Notes: a model not told the origin generated them from the sequence alone. Counted from the first letter of the stretch, positions 17,930 through 28,360 are shown. The stretch is 64,000 nucleotides of DNA from Promethearchaeota archaeon (GCA_030599585.1 JAUVNS010000006.1:1-64000), one strand, 5' to 3'. A program made the numbers and translations.

Positions 17930-20900
17930 TTACCAATATACTTCTTTTAGCGTTTGATGATACTCGTTAAGCGACTTTATTTCAATTTTCTTTTTACGCA
18001 TATTTTTTATAGCATCAATAACAGCTTTTGCTAACTGTAAATTGATTATAACCGGAATATTGTAGTCTACAGCCATGCGTCTAATTTTATATTCGTCCTC
18101 CATTATAGTTTTAAATTTTTCTTCTACTGTGGTTGGCAATGGAATGTTTATTACCATGTCTATTCGCCCATCCTGTAAACATTGCATAATATTAGGCTCC
18201 AATCCATATTCGTGAACTTTATAAAGTTTCACGGCATCAATGTTATTCCTTGTTAAAGCATTTTTGGTATCTTCGGTAGCAAATATCGTAAACCCGAGTT
18301 TACTTATTTCTCTTGCTAAGGGGATTACTTCGGATTTCAACTGATCTCCACCTACAGAAATTAAGATATTTCCTCCCTCTATTGGAACATCCATATCAGC
18401 AGCTTCTAACGATTTCATCAGTGCATCAGGAAAGTCTTCACCGATACATGCCACTTCTCCCGTAGAGCTCATTTCTACGCCAAGAACGGGGTCTGCTTTA
18501 TCAAGTCTCATGAAAGAAAACATAGGTGCTTTAACTGATACATAGTTACCTAAAGGAAGATTCATTAACCTTTCTGGTATTTTTCCGCCCATGATAACTT
18601 CAGCCGCAAGTCTCATTAAATTAATACCCCGAGATTTGGAAACATAGGGCATACTTCGACTTGAGCGCAGGTTACACTCGATAACAAAAACCTCGTTATT
18701 TTTAACAAGATATTGAACGTTAAAAGGACCGTGAATTTTTAATGCCAGAGCGATTTTTTTGGTATATTCTTCAATTTTTAACGTAACTTCGTTGGAGACC
18801 GTTTGAGGTGGTATAGCCATAGTTGCATCTCCACTATGAATACCAGCGTTCTCAATATGTTCTACAATTGCACCAATAAGCACATTATCACCATCACATA
18901 CGCCATCACACTCAATTTCTCTGGCGTCTATAAAAAATTTAGTTATTACAACGGGATAGTCGCTCGATATAGATGCAGCGAGGTCTAATGTATCTTGAAG
19001 CGTCTTTTCGTCATAAGATACCCTCATAGCGGCGCCACTTAATACATATGAAGGCCTAACTAGTATAGGATAACCAACTTTTTGCGCAAATTCGATAGCT
19101 TCTTCTTTAGTTGTCAAAGCGTTCCATTCAGGTTGTTTTATATCTAACTGATCTAGTAGTGTGCTGAATTTACTCCTGTTTTCCGCCATATCTATACGCG
19201 TTCCATGAGTTCCAAGAATCTTTATGCTAGTTTTTCTAAAAAAATCGGAATACTTAGATAATTTGGCAGCTAAGTTTTGGGCTATTTGACCCCCTGCGGA
19301 TACTACGATGCCATCAGCTTTCTCAAGCTCGCAAATATCTAACACCCTTTCTCCGGATAATTCCTCAAAATAAAGCTTATCCGAAATATCGTAATCAGTC
19401 GACACAGTTTCAGGATTATAATTAATCATTATCGCTTGATCGATTCCTAGATTCTTTAAGCCCCATAAGCAATTGACCGAACCCCAATCAAATTCCACAG
19501 AAGCACCAATTCGATAGGTTCCTGAGCCTAATACAATAATTTTTTCAAGGTTTAATTTATATTCGCTTTCAAAATCAATGTCGTGCTCCGATGCGCTGTA
19601 TGTTAAATATAGATAATTAGTCACTGCGGGCCATTCGGCGGCTAGGGTATCAATTCTTTTAACATAAGGATGAATATTTAGTCTTCTTCTCATTTGTCGG
19701 ATGAAGATTGTATCAACGCCCATAATCTTAGCAATCTGACCATCTGAAAAGCCGAATCTTTTAGCGCGCTCTAACCAATATTTTTTTTCGTTATCATCTG
19801 ATTCGAGTAATTCAATATCCTGGATTTGACGATTAAGATCTACAATATTTTTTAATTTATACAAAAACCATTTATCTACTCTTGATAAACGATATATTTC
19901 ATCAATTGAAATTCCTTTCTTGATCGCTTCAGCTATTCTAAAGAGTCTTAAATCAGTGGGGTTTCTTAACGAATATTTTAGTTCATTGAGGTCTTCAATC
20001 GGTGCTAAATCATTAGCAACAAATCCTTTCATGCCGATATCTAACATTCGTACCGCCTTTTGGAGAACCTCTTCAAAAGTTCTTCCTATCGCCATTACCT
20101 CTCCAATGGATTTCATCTGGCTTCCTAAGCGGCGATCAACTTTTTGAAATTTAGTCAAATCCCATCGTGGAATTTTAAGAACCAAATAATCTAGTGCGGG
20201 TTCAAAGCAAGCAGTAGTGATACCTGTAATCTTATTCTTTAACTCAGGTAGAGTATATCCTATCGCTAATTTAGCAGCAACATACGCCAATGGGTATCCA
20301 GTAGCTTTTGAGGCTAATGCAGACGATCTCGAAAGGCGTGCATTAACTTCTATAACTCTAAATTCTTTTGAAAAAGGATTTAACGCGTATTGAATGTTGC
20401 ATTCGCCTATTATTCCAAGACCCCTAATGATTCGAATTGAAGCAGACCGAAGCATGTGGTATTCTTCGTTAGTCAATGTTTGACTTGGTGCTACTACTAT
20501 ACTCTCTCCCGTATGAATTCCTACAGGATCGAAATTTTCCATGTTACAGTTTATAAAGCAATTGTTCGCAGAATCCCGTACCACTTCGTATTCAACTTCT
20601 TTCCAACCCCATACGGATTCCTCGATTAAGATTTGATTAATCCTCGATTGGGCTAACCCTTTTTTTGCCATTCTTTCGAAATCTTTCATATTATCAATGA
20701 TACCTGAACCCCTACCACCTAAGGTGTAAGCAACCCTAAGCATTAAAGGAAAACCAAATTCTTGAGCTACTTTAAGCGCCACTTTATATGATGTTACCGC
20801 TTTACTTCGGCACACTTTTGCATCTGCTTTTTTCATAGCTTTTACGAATAAATCTCGATCTTCTGTAACCTCGATCGCTTCTATCGGCGTACCAAGAACG

Positions 20901-21241
20901 CGGATATTATATTTTTCCAATATTCCTTGCTCTTTTAGCTCGACTCCGACATTTAAAGCAGTTTGACCTCCAAATGCCAGTAGTATACCGTCTGGTTTCT
21001 CTTTTTTTATTACTTCCTCTACATATTTAACATTAACCGGTAGTAAGTATACTTGGTCTGATAATTCAGGGTCAGTTTGGATAGTTGCAATATTTGGGTT
21101 GATAAGTATTGTTTTAATGCCCTCCTCTTTCAAGGCTTTAAGAACTTGACTCCCAGAGTAATCAAACTCTCCAGCTTGGCCAATCCGTATTCCACCAGAG
21201 CCTAATACTAATGCTTTTTTAATAGATTTATCTAAGGGCAT
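17930..21241 (-). CDS. carB: Carbamoyl-phosphate synthase large subunit
   Basis: IGQAGEFDYSG, two ATP-grasp domains, IEVNARLSRSS, C-terminal MGS domain. Confidence 0.98.
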   Translation of the reverse strand: MPLDKSIKKALVLGSGGIRIGQAGEFDYSGSQVLKALKEEGIKTILINPNIATIQTDPELSDQVYLLPVNVKYVEEVIKKEKPDGILLAFGGQTALNVGVELKEQGILEKYNIRVLGTPIEAIEVTEDRDLFVKAMKKADAKVCRSKAVTSYKVALKVAQEFGFPLMLRVAYTLGGRGSGIIDNMKDFERMAKKGLAQSRINQILIEESVWGWKEVEYEVVRDSANNCFINCNMENFDPVGIHTGESIVVAPSQTLTNEEYHMLRSASIRIIRGLGIIGECNIQYALNPFSKEFRVIEVNARLSRSSALASKATGYPLAYVAAKLAIGYTLPELKNKITGITTACFEPALDYLVLKIPRWDLTKFQKVDRRLGSQMKSIGEVMAIGRTFEEVLQKAVRMLDIGMKGFVANDLAPIEDLNELKYSLRNPTDLRLFRIAEAIKKGISIDEIYRLSRVDKWFLYKLKNIVDLNRQIQDIELLESDDNEKKYWLERAKRFGFSDGQIAKIMGVDTIFIRQMRRRLNIHPYVKRIDTLAAEWPAVTNYLYLTYSASEHDIDFESEYKLNLEKIIVLGSGTYRIGASVEFDWGSVNCLWGLKNLGIDQAIMINYNPETVSTDYDISDKLYFEELSGERVLDICELEKADGIVVSAGGQIAQNLAAKLSKYSDFFRKTSIKILGTHGTRIDMAENRSKFSTLLDQLDIKQPEWNALTTKEEAIEFAQKVGYPILVRPSYVLSGAAMRVSYDEKTLQDTLDLAASISSDYPVVITKFFIDAREIECDGVCDGDNVLIGAIVEHIENAGIHSGDATMAIPPQTVSNEVTLKIEEYTKKIALALKIHGPFNVQYLVKNNEVFVIECNLRSSRSMPYVSKSRGINLMRLAAEVIMGGKIPERLMNLPLGNYVSVKAPMFSFMRLDKADPVLGVEMSSTGEVACIGEDFPDALMKSLEAADMDVPIEGGNILISVGGDQLKSEVIPLAREISKLGFTIFATEDTKNALTRNNIDAVKLYKVHEYGLEPNIMQCLQDGRIDMVINIPLPTTVEEKFKTIMEDEYKIRRMAVDYNIPVIINLQLAKAVIDAIKNMRKKKIEIKSLNEYHQTLKEVYW

Positions 21242-21245
21242 GATA

Positions 21246-22385
21246 TCACAGCTCCATAAACTCTATGAATTTATCAAATAGATATAATGAGTCTAAAGGG
21301 CCTGGAGAAGCCTCAGGGTGGAATTGAACAGCAAAAATAGGTTTACTCTCATGAATCAACCCTTCATTAGAATTATCATCTATGTTTGTTAAAAATTCAG
21401 TAAAACCATTCCTTTCAAAATCTTTTACGCAAAATCCATGGTTTTGGGAAGTAATATAGCATTGTTGTGTTTTGGGATTTATTACGGTTTTGTTTCCTCC
21501 TCTATGCCCATACTTCAATTTATATGAGGAACCTCCAGCACCTAAAGCGATAATTTGGTTTCCTAAGCAAATTCCCATTGTTGGCACGCTATTTATTATT
21601 AATTTACGAGCAACTTCAATAGCTTTTGTATATTTAGCGGGATCTCCGGGACCATTGGAAATAAATACTCCATTTGGTTTGTAGGACATAACCATTTCAA
21701 ATGTATAATCATGTGGCACTAAAATTACTTCGATTTTTCTCTGTAGGAAATTTCGTAGGATATTATTCTTTACTCCTAAATCTATTATCACAACTTTTCC
21801 TTTAGGATTTAAGGGTGTAAATGTTTTCACTCCTTTAGTAGATACCTCGCTTGCTAGATGTCTGAAGTTTGGATCCTCCACTTTTTTGACTTCTTCTTTC
21901 AATTCGTCTAAATTTGGAGATTCTCCGGGGTTAAAAACTGCAAGTAATCCTAACTGCACTCCCTCTTCCCTTAATATTTTTGTAATTGCTCTGGTGTCTA
22001 TCCATTCGATTCCTGGAATATTTTCTTCCAAAAGAAATTCATTTAAGGTTTTTACGCTTTCGTAGTGGCTAGGATTTTTACAACATTCGTTAACGACAAA
22101 TCCACTTACTTTTATCGAATCTGATTCAAAATATTTGTGAATGCCGTGTGAATCTTTTTCCCACGCAGGAACGCCGTAATTTCCGACTAAGGGATGAGTC
22201 ATAACTACTATTTGTCCCTTATATGAAGGATCCGTTAGAGTTTCATTATATCCCGCACCCGTAATTGTCGTGAATACAATTTCTCCACATATTTTTTTAG
22301 TCGCTCCAAACCCAATCCCTTCGAAATAACGACCATCCTTAAACATTAAAATAGCTGGCCTTTCTTTCTTGTATAACATCGACAA
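21246..22385 (-). CDS. carA: Carbamoyl-phosphate synthase small subunit
   Basis: LTDPSY.GQI, SNGPGDP, GICLG, QFHPEASPGP. Confidence 0.97.
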   Translation of the reverse strand: MSMLYKKERPAILMFKDGRYFEGIGFGATKKICGEIVFTTITGAGYNETLTDPSYKGQIVVMTHPLVGNYGVPAWEKDSHGIHKYFESDSIKVSGFVVNECCKNPSHYESVKTLNEFLLEENIPGIEWIDTRAITKILREEGVQLGLLAVFNPGESPNLDELKEEVKKVEDPNFRHLASEVSTKGVKTFTPLNPKGKVVIIDLGVKNNILRNFLQRKIEVILVPHDYTFEMVMSYKPNGVFISNGPGDPAKYTKAIEVARKLIINSVPTMGICLGNQIIALGAGGSSYKLKYGHRGGNKTVINPKTQQCYITSQNHGFCVKDFERNGFTEFLTNIDDNSNEGLIHESKPIFAVQFHPEASPGPLDSLYLFDKFIEFMEL

Positions 22386-22631
22386 AAATGTATTTATCTT
22401 CTTTTATAGTCTTAACATATAGATAACAAATAACTTTTTTTAAGCTTATTATTAACGGGATAGATTGTTAATTGCGTTAGTTTAATCTTTCATTAAAAAT
22501 AGCTATAGGATATTTGGTTTCACTTTATATTAAATTAAAAATTTACATAGTTAATTTTAAGGAAAAATGTTTAAATAAAATTTAACGAAAAGAGTTTCGT
22601 TAAATACAACAGATAAAGCAGCGTGATATAA

Positions 22632-23648
22632 TTGTATAAGAAAACTCAAGTAAAATTTAAAACTTATAAATCTGACGCAGCTCCGTTTTTCTTCTATATT
22701 GAGATTTTCCCTTTCGATACATCGTTAATCAGAAATCCAAATTTATTTTCCCTATTAAAAATAATCGAAAAAAATCCGATTATTCCAATTCCGATGCGTG
22801 TCGATCGCGTATTTAACGGTGAAAATTCAGTGATCATCCGTCCTAGGGAAGTCATATCTTTTCAAATTTCAGAAGATCAGCTTGCTATTATTAACCCACA
22901 TCATTTTCTTTCCAATGGTATAAAAAATTTAATATATTTCTCTGAAATTCGTTCTTCAGAACAATTCTTTAAATCTTTATCAAGTAAAGATGTGATATCG
23001 TGGTGGGAAGCAACGAGATTCTTATATGGCAATCTTTCTAGACTTGAAGAAGATTTCTCCGCTTTCTTAAGAGCATATTTGCATACATTGGTAAAAAGTT
23101 ACATTGAAGGAGGTGATCTTGTGAGTGCGGCCATCCGATACTGCCAAATATTAGAAGATATCTGTAAAAAAAGGATGGAACAAAATAAAATTTTAATGGA
23201 GATCAATGGGGAGGAATCTAATGTGAAAATGTACAAAAGTAAAGTATTAACTTACTATAAAAAGTTCAAAAAAGTAAGAGAAAAGCAGCATCATCCAGAA
23301 TTAATTGATATTGAAATATTTAATTACTCCAGTAATAATTGGCCTAAAGATGCAACTTCTATAAAGAGAATAGAGAGTATAATAAAAAAATACATCCCTT
23401 TGTTGATTTATGATGATTTGCAAGAATGTATGCTACTGAATTTAAAATACTTAGAAGAAAATGAAAAAACAATTATAAATCCCTCAAGCTTGATAGAAGA
23501 AAAAATTATCACCATAATCGACTCGAAAAATTTTGATGATGATTTCAAGAAAAAAAATACTTGGTGGAAGGATTTTAACAACATTGAGCCAGATTTATTT
23601 TTAGAGGAGATTTTCCAATCACTTAAGATTAAGGGCTCTGGAAACTAA
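22632..23648 (+). CDS. Hypothetical soluble protein
   Basis: 338-aa ORF with normal composition; no family recognised. Confidence 0.75.
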   Translation: MYKKTQVKFKTYKSDAAPFFFYIEIFPFDTSLIRNPNLFSLLKIIEKNPIIPIPMRVDRVFNGENSVIIRPREVISFQISEDQLAIINPHHFLSNGIKNLIYFSEIRSSEQFFKSLSSKDVISWWEATRFLYGNLSRLEEDFSAFLRAYLHTLVKSYIEGGDLVSAAIRYCQILEDICKKRMEQNKILMEINGEESNVKMYKSKVLTYYKKFKKVREKQHHPELIDIEIFNYSSNNWPKDATSIKRIESIIKKYIPLLIYDDLQECMLLNLKYLEENEKTIINPSSLIEEKIITIIDSKNFDDDFKKKNTWWKDFNNIEPDLFLEEIFQSLKIKGSGN

Positions 23649-23865
23649 AGCAGAATTAGTTTATGATACACTTATTTATGAGAATGATTATTGTAAATAT
23701 TGTAATATTTATTTTGATACTTGTCCATCTAGCACTCTAGAAGGAGGAATTTATCTTAAAGATTTATGCAATAATTACTGTCTGCAAAATTTAAAAAATT
23801 TGCCAGAAAATACCGTGATTTGGTGAAACACTTGTATTGTATCTTGCCCTATAGGTAAAATATGA
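23605..23865 (+). pseudogene. C-terminal relic of an epoxyqueuosine reductase (QueG)/reductive dehalogenase-like 2x[4Fe-4S] protein
   Basis: RFSNHLRLRALETKAELVYD...DYCKYCNIYFDTCP...LCNNYC...W*NTCIVSCPIGK. No start codon, third Cys changed to Tyr, TGA at 23824. Confidence 0.65.
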
Positions 23866-23912
23866 GAATTATTCCGTATACAATACAAATACAACCTATA
23901 GCAATTATAAGT

Positions 23913-23926
23913 TTTACTTAAGTAAA
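23913..23926. promoter_or_regulatory. WTTAC-N4-GTAAW box (TTTACTTAAGTAAA), downstream of TATA, repressor-like position
   Basis: Perfect palindrome just after TTATAAG (23905), 30 nt before the ATG at 23957. Confidence 0.7.
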
Positions 23927-23956
23927 TTATTAAAGTAAATACTGATTTGAAACAAT

Positions 23957-25768
23957 ATGGAATTTGGGAAAAGTAAGATTGTTATAAAACCTTCTGGAAA
24001 AGGCAAATATAAAACAACTTGGATATATATCCCTAGTAAAGTTGCTAAAGATAGTTCCTTTCCGTTTAAAAATGATGAGGAAGTTTTGATAGAGATTAAA
24101 AATGGCTCTATATTAATCACAAAAGATGATACACGTACTAGAATGATTAAAGAGACAGGTATTGATAACATAACTCTTCCAAAGCTGCTAAGAAAAAAAG
24201 CGGTAGAAAATAGCGAGCAAGTAATACTATATTTTAGAGATGAAAAGTTAACATATAAGGATATTAATGAAAAATCAAACCAAATGGCATGGGGGATATT
24301 AGATTTAGTCAATTACCTAAATGTTAAAAGTCCAAAGATTTCATTGATGATGAGAAATTATCCAGATTTTTTATATTCTTGGTTTGGCATAGTAAAATCT
24401 GGCTGTGTTTTTGTCCCCATTAATACTGCATTGAAAGGAAAATATTTAGAACATGTTTTGAATGATAGTGATACGACAATTCTAATTATAGATTATAAGT
24501 TTCTTAAACTATTCAATGAAGTGCGACCTAATTTGTCAAAAATAAAAAGAATTATTGTACATAATGCTCCAAAAAACTTTGAGTTTAATGATGAATATCT
24601 AGATTTTCAATTACTTAAGAGTTCAAACACTGAAAATCCTGAAGTTAGCATATTTGAAGAAGATCCTATACAGATTATGTATACCGAAGGAATTACAGGG
24701 AAACCAAAAGGAGTATTGTATAGAAAAATGGTAGTTACAGCCATTAACATAGGTTTTCATTTAAAGAATATTGGTTTATCTAATGAAACAAAAATTTATT
24801 GCCCTATGCCTTTATTTCAAGGAGCAGCACAATTTTATGTTATTCTTCCCTCATTACTCTATAATATACCGGTGGTTTTAGCAGAAAAATTCGATGTAAA
24901 CAAATTTTGGGATGATGTTAGAACACATTCTCCTACGATATTTGCTTATTTTGGAGGCTATTTATTATTTCTCTTATATAATAATCCTAGCAAGTTTGAT
25001 AGAAAGCATCCTTTAAAATGGGCATATGGTTTCGGTGCTAGTATTGAATTATGGAAAGCATTTGAAAACCGGTTTGGAATAAAATTATATGAGTGTTATT
25101 CACATATGGAAGGAGTGGGAATTACAATTAATACATTAGGATCATATGGAGGAAAAACGGGATCAGTAGGAAAACCGTTAGATTCTCTTGATCTGAAAAT
25201 AGTTGATTCAAATGGTAATGAATTACCTCCAGGGCTAGATAATATTGGTGAAATAACTGTAAAATCAAAAAATAACACCATATTTGAATATTACAAACAA
25301 CCAGAAGTTAGGGATGTTAAAATCAGCGATGATGGTTGGGTTTATACTGGGGACTATGGATATATTGATGATGATAATTTTTTATTTTTTATGGGTAAAA
25401 AGAACGAGATTATACATAGAGCTGGAGATATAATCTATTTAAAAGAAATTGAAAGAATGGTTAATTCACATCCTTCAATTTATATAAGTGCTTGTGCTAC
25501 AGTTTTAAATGATTCAAAACCAAAAGCAGAAGTGATTTTATACGCCGTTAAAGTGAAAAATTCATCCCTTACTCCTAATGAATTAAGTGACTTCTTATAT
25601 CATAACATGGCTTATTACCACGTCCCTAGATATGTTGCTTTTTTAGAAAATTTGCCTACGAGTCCAAGTACGGAATATCTTAAGAATACCATTTTGGATG
25701 AGTGGGAAAAAATTGGAGGTAAAAAGAAAATTTGGGATAACCAACTTCAAGATTATTTTACAAATTAA
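23957..25768 (+). CDS. AbrB-like DNA-binding domain fused to a degenerate CaiC-like acyl-CoA synthetase domain (putative one-component regulator)
   Basis: aa1-58 KSKIVIKPSGKGKYKTTWIYIPSKVA...FKNDEEVLIEIKNGSILITK resemble a swapped hairpin. The AMP-binding fold has altered motifs YTEGITGKPKG, YSHMEG, FMGKK and LPTSPSTEY. Confidence 0.8.
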   Translation: MEFGKSKIVIKPSGKGKYKTTWIYIPSKVAKDSSFPFKNDEEVLIEIKNGSILITKDDTRTRMIKETGIDNITLPKLLRKKAVENSEQVILYFRDEKLTYKDINEKSNQMAWGILDLVNYLNVKSPKISLMMRNYPDFLYSWFGIVKSGCVFVPINTALKGKYLEHVLNDSDTTILIIDYKFLKLFNEVRPNLSKIKRIIVHNAPKNFEFNDEYLDFQLLKSSNTENPEVSIFEEDPIQIMYTEGITGKPKGVLYRKMVVTAINIGFHLKNIGLSNETKIYCPMPLFQGAAQFYVILPSLLYNIPVVLAEKFDVNKFWDDVRTHSPTIFAYFGGYLLFLLYNNPSKFDRKHPLKWAYGFGASIELWKAFENRFGIKLYECYSHMEGVGITINTLGSYGGKTGSVGKPLDSLDLKIVDSNGNELPPGLDNIGEITVKSKNNTIFEYYKQPEVRDVKISDDGWVYTGDYGYIDDDNFLFFMGKKNEIIHRAGDIIYLKEIERMVNSHPSIYISACATVLNDSKPKAEVILYAVKVKNSSLTPNELSDFLYHNMAYYHVPRYVAFLENLPTSPSTEYLKNTILDEWEKIGGKKKIWDNQLQDYFTN

Positions 25769-25854
25769 TCTCCTTCTAAAAAAATAGAGAACTTAAAAGG
25801 TTTGCAAAAAAAAAATGATAAAAAAAAATGAGTTAGAATTTGATTTGATTTCTT

Positions 25855-28152
25855 TTATTTAAATTTCTTTCGTTTTTTCATACCAATAGCAACTATAGCA
25901 ACTCCAGCAACTCCGAATAAGGCAAAAAGTGGAAATCCAGGTATTATCTCTACAGGAACTCCTGCCGCTTCGTAGCCATCACCGATCATGATTTCAGAGA
26001 AAGACCAACCACCCCAAGCATCCCAATCAATTTCATACTTTTTACTAAGCACATAAGCTGCTGTAAGTTGAGAAATAAACATTGTTGGGTATGTTTCAGT
26101 TGCGGTCCTAAATTGAATGTCGCTGTATGCTTTTACTCTTCCAGTATCATTTTGGAAATATAAAGCACGTAACAATTCTTGTAGCTCTGGATCGTTAATA
26201 AGGCCCCAATTCCAAGTATCTGGAATTAAACCCCACTCGGTGGGGTTCTGGTATCCACCAGTAGCATTCATCCATTGATATGTATAGCTATAAAAGGCAT
26301 CTAAGTATCCCAAATCGGTTACAGGCATAGGCCACGTCACATAGAAGGCTTCCAAATCTTTATCATACAAATCTTGCCTAAGAACAGGGTTTAACATCAC
26401 AGCCCACATACCATAAAGGCTAAGTGTCTTCCAATCACCATAATCATTAGAAGGTGTAGCTCCAGATTTATTTAATACCATTCCAATAAGTGCAAGGCTA
26501 GTTTCCAACGAACTCGTAAAGTCTACGCTATAGATACTGTGAAAAAAGTTTAATGTAAAAAGTTCCTTAGATGTAGCGTTTGCTAAAGTGCTGACATCGT
26601 CTGCAAAGTCAAGCCAATCTTGTGTTGTACTGCTTCCATTAATCCCATTAGCGGCTAGTGTAAAATTGTATGCTGGGTCATTAAAAAGGGCATTACGTGC
26701 GATTGTAAGATCAAAAGATGATCCTACAATACTATCATTAAGATAAACGCTTTGTTCCCCCATCAAATTATCGCAACGGTAGGATCTGTCAGTCAAGACA
26801 TTTGCGAAATATGCAGTATAATTAAACGCAAAAGATATGGCTTTTCTAAATGTTACATCGGTATTAGGCTGTATAAAGTCCAATTGTTCTATGTTGTCAA
26901 GTTGAGGAGCATACTCCGTCCAGTTTAGTATGGGTGAAGCTTGTAGTTGATCCTGAAAGAGGACTCCAGAGGGAGGACCATCATAAGCGAAATCAGCATC
27001 TCCAGATGTCAACGCAGTTGTTACTAATTGACCATCAGTATCACCAGGAATATATGAGATAACTCCATATTTAACAACCATTTTACCAGCAGCTCTCATA
27101 TCAGTAAAGTTCCAATAATCGTCATTTCGCTCCATTCTCATTATGTAATTTACTTTATCCACCTCAATAGCTTTCATAACTCCGGTCCCACAAGCAAGGT
27201 CATCACCAGTCCAATCACCCGTATCCTTTATTTGTTTGTAAAAGTAATCGACTCCATTAAGATCGCTATATTTTTCCATTGAGATCATCGCAACCCAAGC
27301 TACTAATCTAAGATCCGTTACAAAATCATTAAACTCTATTAGGAGAGTTCCACCGGTTCCACTGGCAGTTTCATCAGCAGTTTTTACAATAAGAGTTTTA
27401 TTAATGATTGGAAAGTGCCCATCTTGTATATAAGTCTTGCTTACATTTGTCCAACTCAGATTGGGGTCATTATCCTTGCCATAATACTGAGGCGCTACAG
27501 GTTCTCCCGAAACAGGATCATCACTATAAGTATAGGAATAATTCCAAGAGGGAGTATAGAAGTCCTTATAGTTTAAGCCAGCTTTATAAGTCATGTGGCC
27601 CATAATATCACTATGACCTGCTCCTTCCGTACCGGTTAAATTTCCTGTCAGTACATACGCACGATCAATATTCCATTTAGCTACCGTAGCATTCCATTCT
27701 GAACCATCCTGAAATCTGACATTTTCCCGAAGAGTAATATTCATAGCACGAATACCACCTGTATTGTTCCACAGAAAACTATTCTCTTCCGAAGGCCATT
27801 CCGAAACTACGTCATAACCTGTAGCTAATGTGGGCTTATATGCAGTATAAGGGGAAGTTGGAATAGTTATAATCTCGAATAATTTCTCTAAAGTCTCTCC
27901 TTTCGAACTTCCACCTTGTCCTCCAACCAACCAACTTGCTACAAGACTATATTCCCAGGTTGTAGGTCCCCAAGGTTTCTGATCAATGCCTCCAGTTACT
28001 ACAGTCAATGTACCATTATCTTGTGCTGTAATTAGAGCGCTAGTCCGTAATCGTGAGTCCGCAGTAACCGACATAGCACTTATTCCAAAGAACATAGAAC
28101 TAACGAGTATGAAAAGTATGAAATATCGTAAGTTATTTCTTTTCATTTTCAT
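25855..28152 (-). CDS. Opp/Dpp-family (cluster C) ABC substrate-binding protein with C-terminal sorting anchor
   Basis: Signal peptide, LRENVRFQDG..WNA..AKWNIDR, RNDDYW, FRKAISFAFNY, many NxS/T sequons, IPGF-TM-KKRKK tail. Confidence 0.9.
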   Translation of the reverse strand: MKMKRNNLRYFILFILVSSMFFGISAMSVTADSRLRTSALITAQDNGTLTVVTGGIDQKPWGPTTWEYSLVASWLVGGQGGSSKGETLEKLFEIITIPTSPYTAYKPTLATGYDVVSEWPSEENSFLWNNTGGIRAMNITLRENVRFQDGSEWNATVAKWNIDRAYVLTGNLTGTEGAGHSDIMGHMTYKAGLNYKDFYTPSWNYSYTYSDDPVSGEPVAPQYYGKDNDPNLSWTNVSKTYIQDGHFPIINKTLIVKTADETASGTGGTLLIEFNDFVTDLRLVAWVAMISMEKYSDLNGVDYFYKQIKDTGDWTGDDLACGTGVMKAIEVDKVNYIMRMERNDDYWNFTDMRAAGKMVVKYGVISYIPGDTDGQLVTTALTSGDADFAYDGPPSGVLFQDQLQASPILNWTEYAPQLDNIEQLDFIQPNTDVTFRKAISFAFNYTAYFANVLTDRSYRCDNLMGEQSVYLNDSIVGSSFDLTIARNALFNDPAYNFTLAANGINGSSTTQDWLDFADDVSTLANATSKELFTLNFFHSIYSVDFTSSLETSLALIGMVLNKSGATPSNDYGDWKTLSLYGMWAVMLNPVLRQDLYDKDLEAFYVTWPMPVTDLGYLDAFYSYTYQWMNATGGYQNPTEWGLIPDTWNWGLINDPELQELLRALYFQNDTGRVKAYSDIQFRTATETYPTMFISQLTAAYVLSKKYEIDWDAWGGWSFSEIMIGDGYEAAGVPVEIIPGFPLFALFGVAGVAIVAIGMKKRKKFK

Positions 28153-28254
28153 TTCCTTTTTATTTTGTTTTTAATTTTTTTTTTTATTAAATTTTTAAAT
28201 ATAATCATATACTTCTTCGAATAGTATTTAAAACTTTCAAACGAAAATTTAATT

Positions 28255-28268
28255 ATTACATATGTAAT
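28255..28268. promoter_or_regulatory. WTTAC-N4-GTAAW box (ATTACATATGTAAT) in the divergent SBP/permease promoter
   Basis: Perfect palindrome with TATA-like boxes 22 nt away on the minus side and 24 nt away on the plus side. Confidence 0.7.
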
Positions 28269-28360
28269 CAGTATTAAAAAAACTCATAATGATTAAATAC
28301 AATTTTAATTTTTCAATACTATTAAAATAGGAAATATGATCTGGACATAAATAACTCAAC

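Noticed and set aside
23824-23826. Functional selenocysteine readthrough
   Set aside because: No start codon or N-terminal domain, another Cys ligand is mutated, and I could not find an AUGA..AA..GA SECIS-like stem downstream.
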